DNA of 64,000 nucleotides from a virus: UHGV virus genome UHGV-0371537; one strand, 5' to 3'. Shown piece by piece: positions 54,949 to 64,000 of this stretch (position 1 is its first letter; each line of letters starts with the position of its first letter). The notes under the pieces were generated by a model. It saw only the letters and a program-made list of their open reading frames with translations, ran no database searches and was not told where the DNA came from. The position numbers and the translations under genes were made by a program.

Positions 54949-55690
54949 TTCAATCACAGATCGCAAAGGGTTTATGAATTACATCCTCAAGAAATTGGGG
55001 GCACCTGTAATTCAGATTAACCTTGACCCAACACAGGTGTCAGACGCTGTTGACGACGCTCTTCAGAAATTCTGGGAGTACCACCGTGATGGTAGTCAGG
55101 ACGCGTTCTTCGTCCATGTCGTGACTGAAGACACGATCACCAATGGTTACATCGAATTCCCCAAAGATATCGATGACGTCACAGAAGTCATTCCTGGCCC
55201 ACCAATCGAATCTATCGGTAACTGGGCGACACCTCAATGGCAGATGGCTCAGGCCATGTTGGTGCCAAAGTCCGCTCTGGTATCTATCCGCCTGATCGAC
55301 TATGTGTCCATGCAGCAGCGCCTGTCTGACATTACCAGTGTTCTGAACGTGAAGCGCACCTTCGTGTACAAGAAATTCCAGCGCAGACTCTATCCTCAAT
55401 TCGCCCTGACGAAGGACGAGGCTCTGGCGTTCAAATGTTTCCAGAACATCGACCCAGAGGTCGAGGGGAATGAAGAAGCATGGAATGACATGTGGCTGAA
55501 GGCATATGCAACAGCGCTGGTAAAACGTCGCTGGGCTGAAGTACTCAAGAAGGCAAGAGGCATCCGTCTCCCTGGCGGTATTGAGCTGGATGGTGATACT
55601 ATGTTCAGTGAGGCTGAAGCGGAGATCGAGCGTTTAGAGGAAGAACTTCGTACTGGCCAGCAATACCCGATTGACTTCTATATGGGATAA
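54938..55690 (+). CDS. neck / head-completion protein (gp13-like by position)
   Basis: 250-aa ORF at the start of a 13-14-15-16-17-18-19-like gene order; assigned by synteny only. Confidence 0.45.
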   Translation: MAVNSITDRKGFMNYILKKLGAPVIQINLDPTQVSDAVDDALQKFWEYHRDGSQDAFFVHVVTEDTITNGYIEFPKDIDDVTEVIPGPPIESIGNWATPQWQMAQAMLVPKSALVSIRLIDYVSMQQRLSDITSVLNVKRTFVYKKFQRRLYPQFALTKDEALAFKCFQNIDPEVEGNEEAWNDMWLKAYATALVKRRWAEVLKKARGIRLPGGIELDGDTMFSEAEAEIERLEEELRTGQQYPIDFYMG

Positions 55691-55695
55691 GGAAA

Positions 55696-55712
55696 GGCGG
55701 GTTCCCCCGCCC
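55696..55712. terminator. bidirectional terminator hairpin between convergent genes
   Basis: GGCGGG-TTCCC-CCGCCC hairpin flanked by A/T runs on both sides. Confidence 0.5.
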
Positions 55713-55717
55713 TTCTT

Positions 55718-55930
55718 TTAGATTTTCAAATCCAGGTTTCCGTTGCCACTACCACGCAGCAGGCCGTCTTCGGTCTTGTCTTTGGAGTTCCACCACTCGA
55801 TGAAGTCTGTGTCATCCACTTCCTTCACCAGACCGACGATGTCGTAATCACCGCCTCCAATCTTGGCATCCACACAGATGATTCGGACGCGACGACCGCT
55901 GCGAACTTCTTTGATGTCTTCCACTTGCAT
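55718..55930 (-). CDS. hypothetical small protein
   Basis: 70-aa ORF on the opposite strand inside the structural block. Confidence 0.35.
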   Translation of the reverse strand: MQVEDIKEVRSGRRVRIICVDAKIGGGDYDIVGLVKEVDDTDFIEWWNSKDKTEDGLLRGSGNGNLDLKI

Positions 55931-55959
55931 GAGTTATTCCTCAAAAGAATAAACTTCGA

Positions 55960-56676
55960 CTAAATACCTTCAAACGTATTTCTGATAAATTCGATAATAC
56001 GACTTTCATGTTTAAACCATTCAGTCGCACCGTCAAATCCCTTGTAGTTCATACTAAATGACATTTCATGAGCCTTTCTTTCCAGTTCTAACACGAATTG
56101 TCCATCATTTGACTTAAAAACTTCTAGAACATTGAACTCAAATGGAGTTGATCTTCTTAAAGATTTAAATCTATTATTTGGTGAATTGGACACCCCGATT
56201 TTCATACAGCCTTCTTCGCTGGTCAATATGTACAAATAACCGACTTTAAAAGGATTGTATCCGGAAGTTGCGCAGTAGGGGCACCAACTTTTACCATTCA
56301 CCAAATTACAGTATCTTGACTCCCAACGATGTCCTTCTGAACATTCCATAAGGCAAACTGTCACATTATCTTTATACTTTCCACCAATAAATTCTATGAA
56401 TTTACCACCGTTGGTTTCAGCATGGTCGGTTATTCTCTTTTTAGATTCTTGCTGGGTATTTCTCTTGTTGCCATTACATGTTGGGCACCAACTGCCTTTA
56501 TTGATCAAATTTCCATAAGATGCTGAACTCCATTGATGCCCTTCACCACACTGTAATATACATTTTGTCTGATTAGTGATAAATTTATCACCAACGAATC
56601 CCTGGAACAAACCACCTTTAGATAAGGCATATTTGTGAAGATTTTGAATAGCAGTTTCTTCTGTCAGGATTTTCAT
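55960..56676 (-). CDS. T5orf172 / GIY-YIG-like domain protein with two N-terminal zinc ribbons (mobile-element-like insertion)
   Basis: Two repeats of C-x2-C-x-E-G-H-x-W...GKSWCP-x-C; C-terminal GYLYILTSEEGCMKIGVSNSPNNRFKSL resembles GIY-YIG/T5orf172; opposite strand to flanking neck genes. Confidence 0.55.
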   Translation of the reverse strand: MKILTEETAIQNLHKYALSKGGLFQGFVGDKFITNQTKCILQCGEGHQWSSASYGNLINKGSWCPTCNGNKRNTQQESKKRITDHAETNGGKFIEFIGGKYKDNVTVCLMECSEGHRWESRYCNLVNGKSWCPYCATSGYNPFKVGYLYILTSEEGCMKIGVSNSPNNRFKSLRRSTPFEFNVLEVFKSNDGQFVLELERKAHEMSFSMNYKGFDGATEWFKHESRIIEFIRNTFEGI

Positions 56677-56702
56677 ATTATCTAACCTTTAACAATATTC
56701 AA

Positions 56703-56710
56703 CTAAATAT
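56703..56710 (+). promoter_or_regulatory. late-promoter-like CTAAATAT upstream of the gp14-like gene
   Basis: About 25 nt upstream of the ATG at 56734. Confidence 0.4.
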
Positions 56711-56733
56711 ATTTAAATCCTGAGGAATAGATC

Positions 56734-57384
56734 ATGGCCACTTCTCGATATTTTAACTACACCAATCACCAAGGCACGCAGAAGCTGATTGAAGATTTGG
56801 TGCAAGAAATGATTCAATTGCGTGGGATAGACATCAAGTATATACCACGTTCCATCGTTGAAAAATTTCCTATCACCAACGATGCCAACCACCGTTTCGA
56901 CCAGGCGTTCGACATCGAAGCGTACATGCAGGATTACCAGGGCTTCAACACCCAGATGTGGGAGAAGTTCGGGGGCATCCAACTGCAGGACGAAGTCACG
57001 TTCTCTATATCTCGCCGTCGATTTTCTGAAGTGATTGGTAACGGCGTTGGCCTGGAGCAACAGCCTCAAGAAGGTGATTTGATCTATCTGCCTCTAGCGA
57101 ACAAGATCTTCAAGGTTAACAACCCGAACAATGATGAAGACTTCATGCAGTTCGGGAAATGGTACACCTATTCTCTACCATGCACGTTGTTCCAGTATGG
57201 CAACGAGAACTTCGACACAGGCATGCCCGAGATTGATGACATCGATAAGCGCTTGTCTATCCTGGATGAGGAAGAGGAACCGGGCGTGTATAAAGATTCG
57301 TCTCTTCAGACAGACAATGCTCAGGCCGATACGTTGGAGCAAGGTCTTGCACCAGACAATCTGAAGATTGATTTTGGAGATTAA
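56734..57384 (+). CDS. neck protein (gp14-like by position)
   Basis: 216-aa ORF; synteny only. Confidence 0.45.
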   Translation: MATSRYFNYTNHQGTQKLIEDLVQEMIQLRGIDIKYIPRSIVEKFPITNDANHRFDQAFDIEAYMQDYQGFNTQMWEKFGGIQLQDEVTFSISRRRFSEVIGNGVGLEQQPQEGDLIYLPLANKIFKVNNPNNDEDFMQFGKWYTYSLPCTLFQYGNENFDTGMPEIDDIDKRLSILDEEEEPGVYKDSSLQTDNAQADTLEQGLAPDNLKIDFGD

Positions 57385-57386
57385 AC

Positions 57387-58082
57387 ATGGCCAGACCATT
57401 TGAAAAATACTTCTACCATAAGTCTCTAGAGAAGTACATCAACCTCTTCGCCACCATCATGTCGGACCTGAAGGTTGACACAGAGCGTGGGCTGATGGAA
57501 GTTCCTCTACATATGGCTATTGGTCGGCGCAACGACCTCAACAGGAATGTTCCGGTCAATATGCTGCCGTTTGCAACGTTCAGTTTTGGGCAATTCGAAC
57601 CCAATAAGAGCGTTACGAAGTCTTTCCACAACCGCCAATCCACCCCAACAGCCGGGGCGAAGCAGCGCATTCCGATCAATATTGATTTCGAGTACAACAT
57701 TCGTTGTAAGAAATTGATCGAAATGCTACAGGTGTTGGAACAGATTTATTCTGTTTACACACCATCTTTGGACTGTGCTATCAAGGACAACGACACACTG
57801 CAGCAAGACCAGAAAATCAAGATCCAGCTGACAGGACACCAAATGTCTGACAACTGGGAAGGGGATGCCAGTGATTCTCCACACGTGGATTGTACGTTCA
57901 CCTTTGTGCTCAGTGGATTCATCTATGGGTATGATTATTGGGTGGATAACGGCGGTGGTGGGGATCCTAATGGGATCAAAGAGATAATTATAGAAATGTC
58001 TAATGATTTGAAAACGCCGTGGTCGGAATTGCCTGAATGGTTCCGCGTCGATAAAGACGGTGTACATCATCCTGGAGATTGA
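57387..58082 (+). CDS. tail completion / sheath stabiliser protein (gp15-like by position)
   Basis: 231-aa ORF; synteny only. Confidence 0.45.
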   Translation: MARPFEKYFYHKSLEKYINLFATIMSDLKVDTERGLMEVPLHMAIGRRNDLNRNVPVNMLPFATFSFGQFEPNKSVTKSFHNRQSTPTAGAKQRIPINIDFEYNIRCKKLIEMLQVLEQIYSVYTPSLDCAIKDNDTLQQDQKIKIQLTGHQMSDNWEGDASDSPHVDCTFTFVLSGFIYGYDYWVDNGGGGDPNGIKEIIIEMSNDLKTPWSELPEWFRVDKDGVHHPGD

Positions 58083-58783
58083 TTATGAGTGCTATGTCAG
58101 AACGCCTGTTAAACACCCTTGGCGCTATCCAGGCGCGGGATGAAGTCGCTCAAGAAGTCATGGAGAAGACCGCGCCTGTGGCTGGAAAAGATTATGATCC
58201 GGATACAGGTGAATGGTTGGGTGAAAGACCTGCAGGGTATGAGCCTGTGGTGTTCCCTCCTTCACTGGATCCAGAAGAGCTGAAGTCAAAGGAATCCAAA
58301 GTTCCAGACTTTGATGACACGGATGCCACCACGGATTACAAACGCATCCGTGATACGACTTATGCGATGCAGGAAGCCACGATGTTCATGATGGGACAGG
58401 CGGCCAAACTCGCAACGACCACAGAAGCGCCTCGGGCGTTCACAGTCTTCAAGGAGTTGGGTGAACTCATGCGCGGCCTGAACAAAGACCTGATGGAGAA
58501 CCAGAAGACCATCAAGGCTGTTACGGGCGACAAAGAGCCTCCTGAAGAGACGACTGTTGAGGTCACGACTTCCCCTGATGGTACAACGACAGTCAACGTT
58601 GGCAAGCAAGCCAGATCTTCTCGTGATTTACTCAAGACTATTGAAGAGGCGCGCAAACGGGCTGAAGAGCGTACTGCGGCCAAAGCTGTAGGTAAAGAAG
58701 AGAAAGCCGAAGATGTGATCGATGTCGAGGCAGAGCCACAGCCGAAGGAAGAAGGTGAAGACAATGGCGTATCAGAAGCGTGA
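58079..58783 (+). CDS. terminase small subunit (gp16-like by position)
   Basis: 234-aa acidic ORF immediately upstream of, and overlapping, the terminase large subunit gene. Confidence 0.5.
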   Translation: MIMSAMSERLLNTLGAIQARDEVAQEVMEKTAPVAGKDYDPDTGEWLGERPAGYEPVVFPPSLDPEELKSKESKVPDFDDTDATTDYKRIRDTTYAMQEATMFMMGQAAKLATTTEAPRAFTVFKELGELMRGLNKDLMENQKTIKAVTGDKEPPEETTVEVTTSPDGTTTVNVGKQARSSRDLLKTIEEARKRAEERTAAKAVGKEEKAEDVIDVEAEPQPKEEGEDNGVSEA

Positions 58784-60974
58784 TGTAGAATACGCCCCGC
58801 TCAAGACGGGGTTTAAGACAGAAGACGTCAGACTGCGTATGGACCAAACGTTCATGCGCAAGCCGTCTGTGCGTGCTCCTCGCGTGGAGTTGATGCTAAC
58901 AGATGAGCAGGAATCGGAGTTCGTCGAGTGCGCGATGGATGCCCATTACTTCGCCGCCAACTACTACAAGATCACGACCATCGATAAAGGCTTCATCCTC
59001 TTTGACATGCACGATTACCAGAAGCAGTTGTTCCATGACTTCCAGGACTATCGATTCAATGCGGTCGTCCAGGCTCGTCAGTCTGGGAAATGTGTAAAAG
59101 GTGACACGCTTGTCACAGTTTACGATACTCTCAGCCAAGAAGAGTTCAGCATCACCGTCGAGGAGCTTCACAGCCGCTTCGAGGGACCGAATCATGCTGA
59201 GCCACTGAATGCCTTTGGTAAACACGATAAGTTCGTAGACAGCCGCTTCGGCAAGCGTTATTTTGTTCGCTGTGATAAGGGCTGGGTTCCGGTTATTGCA
59301 GCACACAAGACAAAACAGTATCAGGAATATGTGGTAATCACGACCACAGGTCGACGCATTCACGTCGCTGATGACCACATGTTCTTCAACAGCCACATGA
59401 AGGAAGTATTCGCCAAAGACCTGGAAGCCGGGTCTCTGCTCCAGACTGAAAATGGTTTGGAAGAAGTTGCAGAAGTGTGGCAGACAGGTGAAATGCACCA
59501 TATGTTCGACCTGCAAGTCAAGTCGAGCGATCAACGATATTACACAGGCGGTTTCCTCAGCCACAACACGACCGTCGTGGCAGCGTTCCTGCTCTGGTAT
59601 GCGATGTTCCACTCCGACAAAGAGATCGCAGTACTGGCGAACAAAGAGAAGCAGGCCATTGAAATCCTTGACCGTATCCGCAAGGCTTATCAGGATCTGC
59701 CATTCTTCCTACAACAAGGTTGTGAGAAGTTCGGTTCTACTCTGATCGAGTTCGAAAACGGTTCTAAGATCTATGCATACGCAACATCATCGGACTCCAT
59801 CCGTGGTCGTTCAGTATCACTCCTGTATGTCGACGAAGTAGCGTTCATTGAAAACGACTTTGAGTTCTGGGAGTCTACATTCCCTGCGATTGCATCTGCA
59901 GAGACTTCCCGTTGTATCCTGACCAGTACACCAAAAGGCCAGCGCGGGTTGTTCTACGATATCGTCACCAAGGCGAATCCAGACCACCCACAGTACAACG
60001 ACTTCAAACTCACGGAGGTGCCTTGGTATCGTGTGCCAACATACACCAAGGATCCAAACTGGGAATCCAAACAGAGGGCGAAGCTGGGGGATGCACGTTT
60101 CGATCAGGAATTCGGTATCAAGTTCCGTGGTTCCGTTGGTTCATTGATCCCGGCCAAGTGTCTGGACAAAATGACCTCGAAGCTCTATCTGGAGCCGAAC
60201 GAGTTCACCAAGATCTACCACGAATACGATCCGAAGCGTATCTACATGGGCATCGCAGATACAGGCAAGGGTGTGGAGGGGGATTACTCTGTTCTGACGA
60301 TATTGGACATCACAGACTACCCTCACAAGATTGCGGCCAAGTATCGAAACAACACGATACCGCCAATGATGTATGCATACACTATCGCCGATATGGGCGA
60401 GAAGTATGGCACATGTCCAATGCTGGTAGAAACCAACAACGACGTGGGTGGTCAGGTAATCACAATTCTATATCAGGAAATTGAATACCCAGAAATCATC
60501 TTCACCACAACAGATGCGAAGGGTACTGGTAAACGAATTGGCGGTCGTCGACCTGAACCTGGTATCAACACCAACAAGAAGGTTCGATCAAACGGTTGTG
60601 CTAACCTCAAGGCGCTTATTGAACGTGAAATGTTGGTTATTGATGACCAAGATACAATTGACGAACTCAGTACATTCGTATGGACTGGGACAAGGTATGA
60701 AGCCGATGATGGTTGTCATGACGACTGTGTAATGCCTCTTGTGCTCTATGCATGGGCGGTGAAACAAGAATGGTTTAGTGATCTCACCAACTCCAGCATC
60801 TCGGTTGATATGAGGGGGCGGTTGTCTGCGATGGAAGAATCTCAGATGATGCCTTTCGGCGGGGTTCTTTCAGCTCCCGACCCACACTCTGTCGAGAGCA
60901 TACCGGGCTTTGGTGGAGTCCAGGTTTATGACGAACGTTCCGGTATGACCATGGAAGAATGGCTGAGACGGTGA
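58764..60974 (+). CDS. gp17: terminase large subunit (T4 gp17-like), interrupted in-frame by a mini-intein
   Basis: Exteins RQSGK and TTVVAAFLLWYAMF reconstitute the gp17 Walker A region (T4: SRQLGKTTVVAIFLAH); downstream LLYVDEVAFI (Walker B-like) and ILTSTPKG ATPase motifs and a nuclease domain; start set to the ATG preceded by GAAGGTGAAG. Confidence 0.88.
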   Translation: MAYQKRDVEYAPLKTGFKTEDVRLRMDQTFMRKPSVRAPRVELMLTDEQESEFVECAMDAHYFAANYYKITTIDKGFILFDMHDYQKQLFHDFQDYRFNAVVQARQSGKCVKGDTLVTVYDTLSQEEFSITVEELHSRFEGPNHAEPLNAFGKHDKFVDSRFGKRYFVRCDKGWVPVIAAHKTKQYQEYVVITTTGRRIHVADDHMFFNSHMKEVFAKDLEAGSLLQTENGLEEVAEVWQTGEMHHMFDLQVKSSDQRYYTGGFLSHNTTVVAAFLLWYAMFHSDKEIAVLANKEKQAIEILDRIRKAYQDLPFFLQQGCEKFGSTLIEFENGSKIYAYATSSDSIRGRSVSLLYVDEVAFIENDFEFWESTFPAIASAETSRCILTSTPKGQRGLFYDIVTKANPDHPQYNDFKLTEVPWYRVPTYTKDPNWESKQRAKLGDARFDQEFGIKFRGSVGSLIPAKCLDKMTSKLYLEPNEFTKIYHEYDPKRIYMGIADTGKGVEGDYSVLTILDITDYPHKIAAKYRNNTIPPMMYAYTIADMGEKYGTCPMLVETNNDVGGQVITILYQEIEYPEIIFTTTDAKGTGKRIGGRRPEPGINTNKKVRSNGCANLKALIEREMLVIDDQDTIDELSTFVWTGTRYEADDGCHDDCVMPLVLYAWAVKQEWFSDLTNSSISVDMRGRLSAMEESQMMPFGGVLSAPDPHSVESIPGFGGVQVYDERSGMTMEEWLRR
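59091..59567 (+). other. mini-intein (about 159 aa, Hint domain without endonuclease domain) inserted in the terminase P-loop
   Basis: Begins with Cys (CVKGDTLVTV, block A-like), ends ...GGFLSHN followed by extein Thr; internal block-B-like (RRIHVADDH) and block-F-like (HMFDLQV) segments. Confidence 0.7.
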
Positions 60975-60977
60975 TCA

Positions 60978-60985
60978 CTAAATAT
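60978..60985 (+). promoter_or_regulatory. late-promoter-like CTAAATAT upstream of the sheath gene
   Basis: About 40 nt upstream of the ATG at 61027. Confidence 0.4.
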
Positions 60986-61026
60986 CTTTCAAATTGAGCG
61001 AAACTCTACCGAGAAGGAATAAGATT

Positions 61027-62925
61027 ATGGCAACTACAAGCTTCAGCGTTGCGCCGTCCGTACAATGGACGGAGCGTGATGCCACGCTTCAGACGTCTCC
61101 GTCCGTTGTTGTTCAGGGCGCGACTGTCGGTAAATTCCAGTGGGGGGAAGTTGAACTCCCTGTGCTGGTTACTGGTGGTGAGACTGGTCTGGTGAAGAAA
61201 TTCTTCAAACCTAACGATGACACTGCGGTCGACTTCCTGGTCGTGGCGGACTTCCTGTCCTATAGCTCCACAGCATGGGTCACCCGTGTTGTTGGACCTC
61301 TGGCCAAGAACTCTGTTACCAAAGGCCAGACTGCAATCACCATTAAGAACAAGCTGGACTTCGAAATGGCAAGTCCTTCTGCGTCTATTACCTGGACTGG
61401 TCGCTACCCTGGCTCCCTGGGTAACGATGTGGCTGTGAATATCTGTGATTCCGCGTCTTTCCCGACTTGGGAATTCCGCAATAACTTCGCCTATGCACCG
61501 CAGCCGGGTGAGTATCACATCGTTGTTCTGGACAAAGTGGGTCGCATCACCAACTCTTCCGGCGCTGTCGGCCAGGTTGAACGTATTTCTCTGTCTGGTA
61601 CTGCAACCGCTGATGGCAACATCACTGTTGACGGCGTGGCTTACGACTTCCTGACAGGCGACACAGCGGCTGAAATCGCTGCTCAGCTGGGTACTGACCT
61701 GGCGGCGCTGACCAACAAATTCACCAACGTGGTCGCCAAGTCCAACACCGTGACTTTCACTCGCGTTGACATCGGTCCACAGACTGCGGTGGCTGTGTCG
61801 GTTGAAGCCTACAAAGGCATCAGCATCAGCAACGTTGTGACCACTGTTGGTACTTCCGGCTCAATCATCGAGAAGTATGAACTGATGCAGCAGACCCAGG
61901 GTTCTAAGAAATCCGACGGTTCTAACGCATACTTCAAAGATGTGATCAACGACACTTCCAACTGGGTGTATGTCTTCACCGATACCCTGGCTGCTGGCGT
62001 GACTGAGCTGGAAGGTGGTGTGGACGACTACAACGTGAACCGCGTGGCTGCAATTGAAGTTCTGAACAATGCAGAAGCCTATGCTGCTAAACCAGTGTTT
62101 GCCTACTGTGAAGAACTCATCGAGCAGCAGGCCATCATCGACCTGTCTACCGAGCGCAAAGACACCGTGTCCTTCGTTTCTCCACTGCGCGATAACGTTG
62201 TTGGCAATCGTGGCCGTGAAATGGATGATGTTGTTGCCTGGCGTGAAAGCCTGGTGCGCGACTCTTCCTACTTCTTCATGGACGACAACTGGGCGTATGT
62301 GTACGACAAGTACAACGACAAGATGCGTTGGATCCCTGCTTGTGGTGGTACGGCGGGTGTTTGGGCACGCAGTATTGAACTGGCTGGCATCTACAAGTCT
62401 CCAGCGTTCCATAACCGTGGCAAATACAACAACTACAACCGCATGGCGTGGTCTGCGTCTTCTGATGAGCGTGCTGTCCTGTATCGCAACCAGATCAACA
62501 GCATCGTGACCTTCTCCAACGAAGGCATCGTGCTGTACGGGGACAAGACTGGCCTGACTCGTCCATCTGCGTTCGACCGCATCAACGTTCGCGGCCTGTT
62601 CATTATGGCCGAGCAGAACATCGCTGCAATCGCCAAATACTATCTTGGTGAGAACAACGACGAGTTTACTCGCAGCCTGTTCAGCAACGCCGTTCGTCCG
62701 TATCTGCGCCAGCTGACCAACATGGGCGCGATCTACGACGGTATGGTCAAGTGTGATGCTGACAACAACACCGCCGACATCATCGCTGCGAACCAGATGG
62801 TTGCGGGTATCTGGATGAAACCAGAATACAGTATAAATTGGATTTATCTTGATTTCGCCGCCGTTCGACCAGACATGGAGTTCAGCGAGATCGAAACGGG
62901 TGGTGGCATCGTAGCCGCTTCTTAA
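61027..62925 (+). CDS. gp18: tail sheath protein (T4 gp18-like)
   Basis: About 630 aa directly after the terminase gene and before the tube gene; start set to the ATG with an AAGGA Shine-Dalgarno-like sequence (ORF track begins at an upstream TTG). Confidence 0.8.
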   Translation: MATTSFSVAPSVQWTERDATLQTSPSVVVQGATVGKFQWGEVELPVLVTGGETGLVKKFFKPNDDTAVDFLVVADFLSYSSTAWVTRVVGPLAKNSVTKGQTAITIKNKLDFEMASPSASITWTGRYPGSLGNDVAVNICDSASFPTWEFRNNFAYAPQPGEYHIVVLDKVGRITNSSGAVGQVERISLSGTATADGNITVDGVAYDFLTGDTAAEIAAQLGTDLAALTNKFTNVVAKSNTVTFTRVDIGPQTAVAVSVEAYKGISISNVVTTVGTSGSIIEKYELMQQTQGSKKSDGSNAYFKDVINDTSNWVYVFTDTLAAGVTELEGGVDDYNVNRVAAIEVLNNAEAYAAKPVFAYCEELIEQQAIIDLSTERKDTVSFVSPLRDNVVGNRGREMDDVVAWRESLVRDSSYFFMDDNWAYVYDKYNDKMRWIPACGGTAGVWARSIELAGIYKSPAFHNRGKYNNYNRMAWSASSDERAVLYRNQINSIVTFSNEGIVLYGDKTGLTRPSAFDRINVRGLFIMAEQNIAAIAKYYLGENNDEFTRSLFSNAVRPYLRQLTNMGAIYDGMVKCDADNNTADIIAANQMVAGIWMKPEYSINWIYLDFAAVRPDMEFSEIETGGGIVAAS

Positions 62926-62933
62926 TTTTAAAC

Positions 62934-62949
62934 GCCCCCGAAAGGGGGC
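62934..62949 (+). terminator. terminator-like hairpin after the sheath gene
   Basis: GCCCCCGAAAGGGGGC followed by TAATTCTTT. Confidence 0.5.
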
Positions 62950-62966
62950 TAATTCTTTGGTGATTT

Positions 62967-63272
62967 ATGAAAACATTTTTGGATTTCCTGAACGAAGGCG
63001 CTTTGAAGGGTGATCTTCAGAAAGTCAAGGACGCCACCATCGAGTGGCTAGAAGACCAAGATGTGCGACTGAAGAAGTCGGACGTTCAGAACGGCGTATT
63101 CGGTGACTTCTTCCGCATCACGATTGACGGTGAATTCGAATACACCTACAACGGCAAAGAAATCCGAGTGATGGACGTCAAGAAAGACAAAGACGTCGCC
63201 ACCAAAGCCGCGTCTTCTCGTGAAGCCCAGGGTGAACTGGCCAAGCTGATGAAGAAGTACAGCAAGGTCTAA
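62967..63272 (+). CDS. small protein with capsid-targeting-sequence-like N-terminus (putative internal virion protein)
   Basis: 101 aa; N-terminus MKTFLDFLNE parallels T4 internal-protein CTS (MKTYQEFIAE) and the N-terminus of the protein at 25360-25824. Confidence 0.45.
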   Translation: MKTFLDFLNEGALKGDLQKVKDATIEWLEDQDVRLKKSDVQNGVFGDFFRITIDGEFEYTYNGKEIRVMDVKKDKDVATKAASSREAQGELAKLMKKYSKV

Positions 63273-63330
63273 CAATTCCCAACAGCTTGGCTAATTAGAA
63301 TTGTATAACCCTCTATTTGGAGAATCTATA

Positions 63331-63864
63331 ATGGCTACAGTAAACCAATTTCGAGCGGCCATGTCACGTGGGGGCGGCGTGCAGCGTCAGCACCGCTGGC
63401 GTGTGACCGTAAACTTCCCAGCATTTGTTGCGGGTTCGGACACCATTCGTGATGTGTCTCTGTTGGCTGTAACAACCAACACCCCAACTGGTCAGCTTGG
63501 TGAGATCCTTGTCCCATGGGGTGGTCGTGAATTGCCATTCCCTGGAGACCGTCGTTTTGAAGCGCTGCCTATCACCTTCATCAACGTTGTAGAGAACGGT
63601 CCATACAACGCGTTCGAAGTCTGGCAGCAGTACATCAACGGCAGTAACAACAACCGTGCGTCTGCGAACCCGGATGATTACTTCCGCGACGTGGTTATGG
63701 AACTGTTGGATGCCAACGACAATGTCACCAAGACCTGGACTCTGCAGGGCACCTGGCCTCAGAACCTCGGTCAACTCGAACTGGATATGTCCGCAATGGA
63801 CTCATATACTCAGTTTACCGTTGACCTGCGTTATTTCCAGGCCATCTCTGACCGCTCTCTCTAA
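63331..63864 (+). CDS. gp19: tail tube protein (T4 gp19-like)
   Basis: About 177 aa immediately after the sheath gene; start set to the ATG preceded by GGAG (ORF track begins at an upstream TTG). Confidence 0.7.
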   Translation: MATVNQFRAAMSRGGGVQRQHRWRVTVNFPAFVAGSDTIRDVSLLAVTTNTPTGQLGEILVPWGGRELPFPGDRRFEALPITFINVVENGPYNAFEVWQQYINGSNNNRASANPDDYFRDVVMELLDANDNVTKTWTLQGTWPQNLGQLELDMSAMDSYTQFTVDLRYFQAISDRSL

Positions 63865-63878
63865 TGTCCTCTAGTGCT

Positions 63879-63897
63879 GGGGGAAGTGAATTCCCCC
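63879..63897 (+). terminator. terminator-like hairpin after the tube gene
   Basis: GGGGGAAGTGAATTCCCCC inverted repeat. Confidence 0.5.
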
Positions 63898-63931
63898 TCA
63901 CTAATTACAAGAAAATGTTGAGGACTTAATC

Positions 63932-64000
63932 ATGGCATTCGGTAATGGTGCATTCGGAAACGGGTTCTTTGGCCTGTTCGGTAGCGGTGGTAAAGTAGAA
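63932..64000 (+). CDS. start of a Gly-rich ORF (partial; runs off the window end)
   Basis: ATG at 63932 followed by MAFGNGAFGNGFFGLFGSGGKVE; truncated by the window edge. Confidence 0.3.
   Translation, partial: MAFGNGAFGNGFFGLFGSGGKVE

Overview
This window reads as a contiguous piece of a T4-superfamily myovirus genome, identified by hand from conserved motifs in the supplied ORF translations; no database search was run. It has three blocks. (1) 1-27.8 kb, almost all minus strand: early/DNA-metabolism genes (topoisomerase II medium subunit gp52 (partial) and an unsplit large subunit gp39, rIIA, rIIB, B-family DNA polymerase gp43) interspersed with accessory genes (MazG-like, Ig-like, LemA-like plus a Cys-rich membrane protein, P-loop kinase, HAD phosphatase, PLP-dependent enzyme, a frameshifted GIY-YIG homing endonuclease). 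(2) 27.9-34 kb: a minus-strand tRNA island with five tRNAs I could fold by eye (Ser-GCT, Tyr-GTA, Asn-GTT, Arg-TCT, Met-CAT), several unresolved tRNA-like hairpins, a YadA-like trimeric autotransporter gene, a homing-endonuclease-like ORF next to a truncated tRNA, and about 2 kb with no ORF of 60 aa or more. (3) 34.8-64 kb, plus strand: virion genes (baseplate wedge gp6, a repeat-containing tail fibre, four paralogous tailspike-like proteins sharing one conserved module, a 1612-aa structural protein, neck proteins, terminase, sheath gp18, tube gp19). The terminase large subunit carries a mini-intein in its Walker A motif. The four-tailspike architecture together with a P-loop kinase and a PLP enzyme is reminiscent of ViI-like (Ackermannviridae) phages that hypermodify thymidine, but that assignment is inference. 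The most notable candidates are a capsid-targeted mini protein with PARP-like H-G-S / G-x-G-x-Y / E-I-V-L-Y motifs, the phage-encoded YadA-like adhesin, the possible thymidine-hypermodification gene set, the terminase intein, a tailspike-exchange footprint, and a recurring CTAAATA-plus-inverted-repeat module upstream of late genes. CDS coordinates follow the supplied ORF track, with starts moved to an internal ATG where stated; tRNA, promoter and terminator coordinates were counted by hand and may be off by 1-2 nt.
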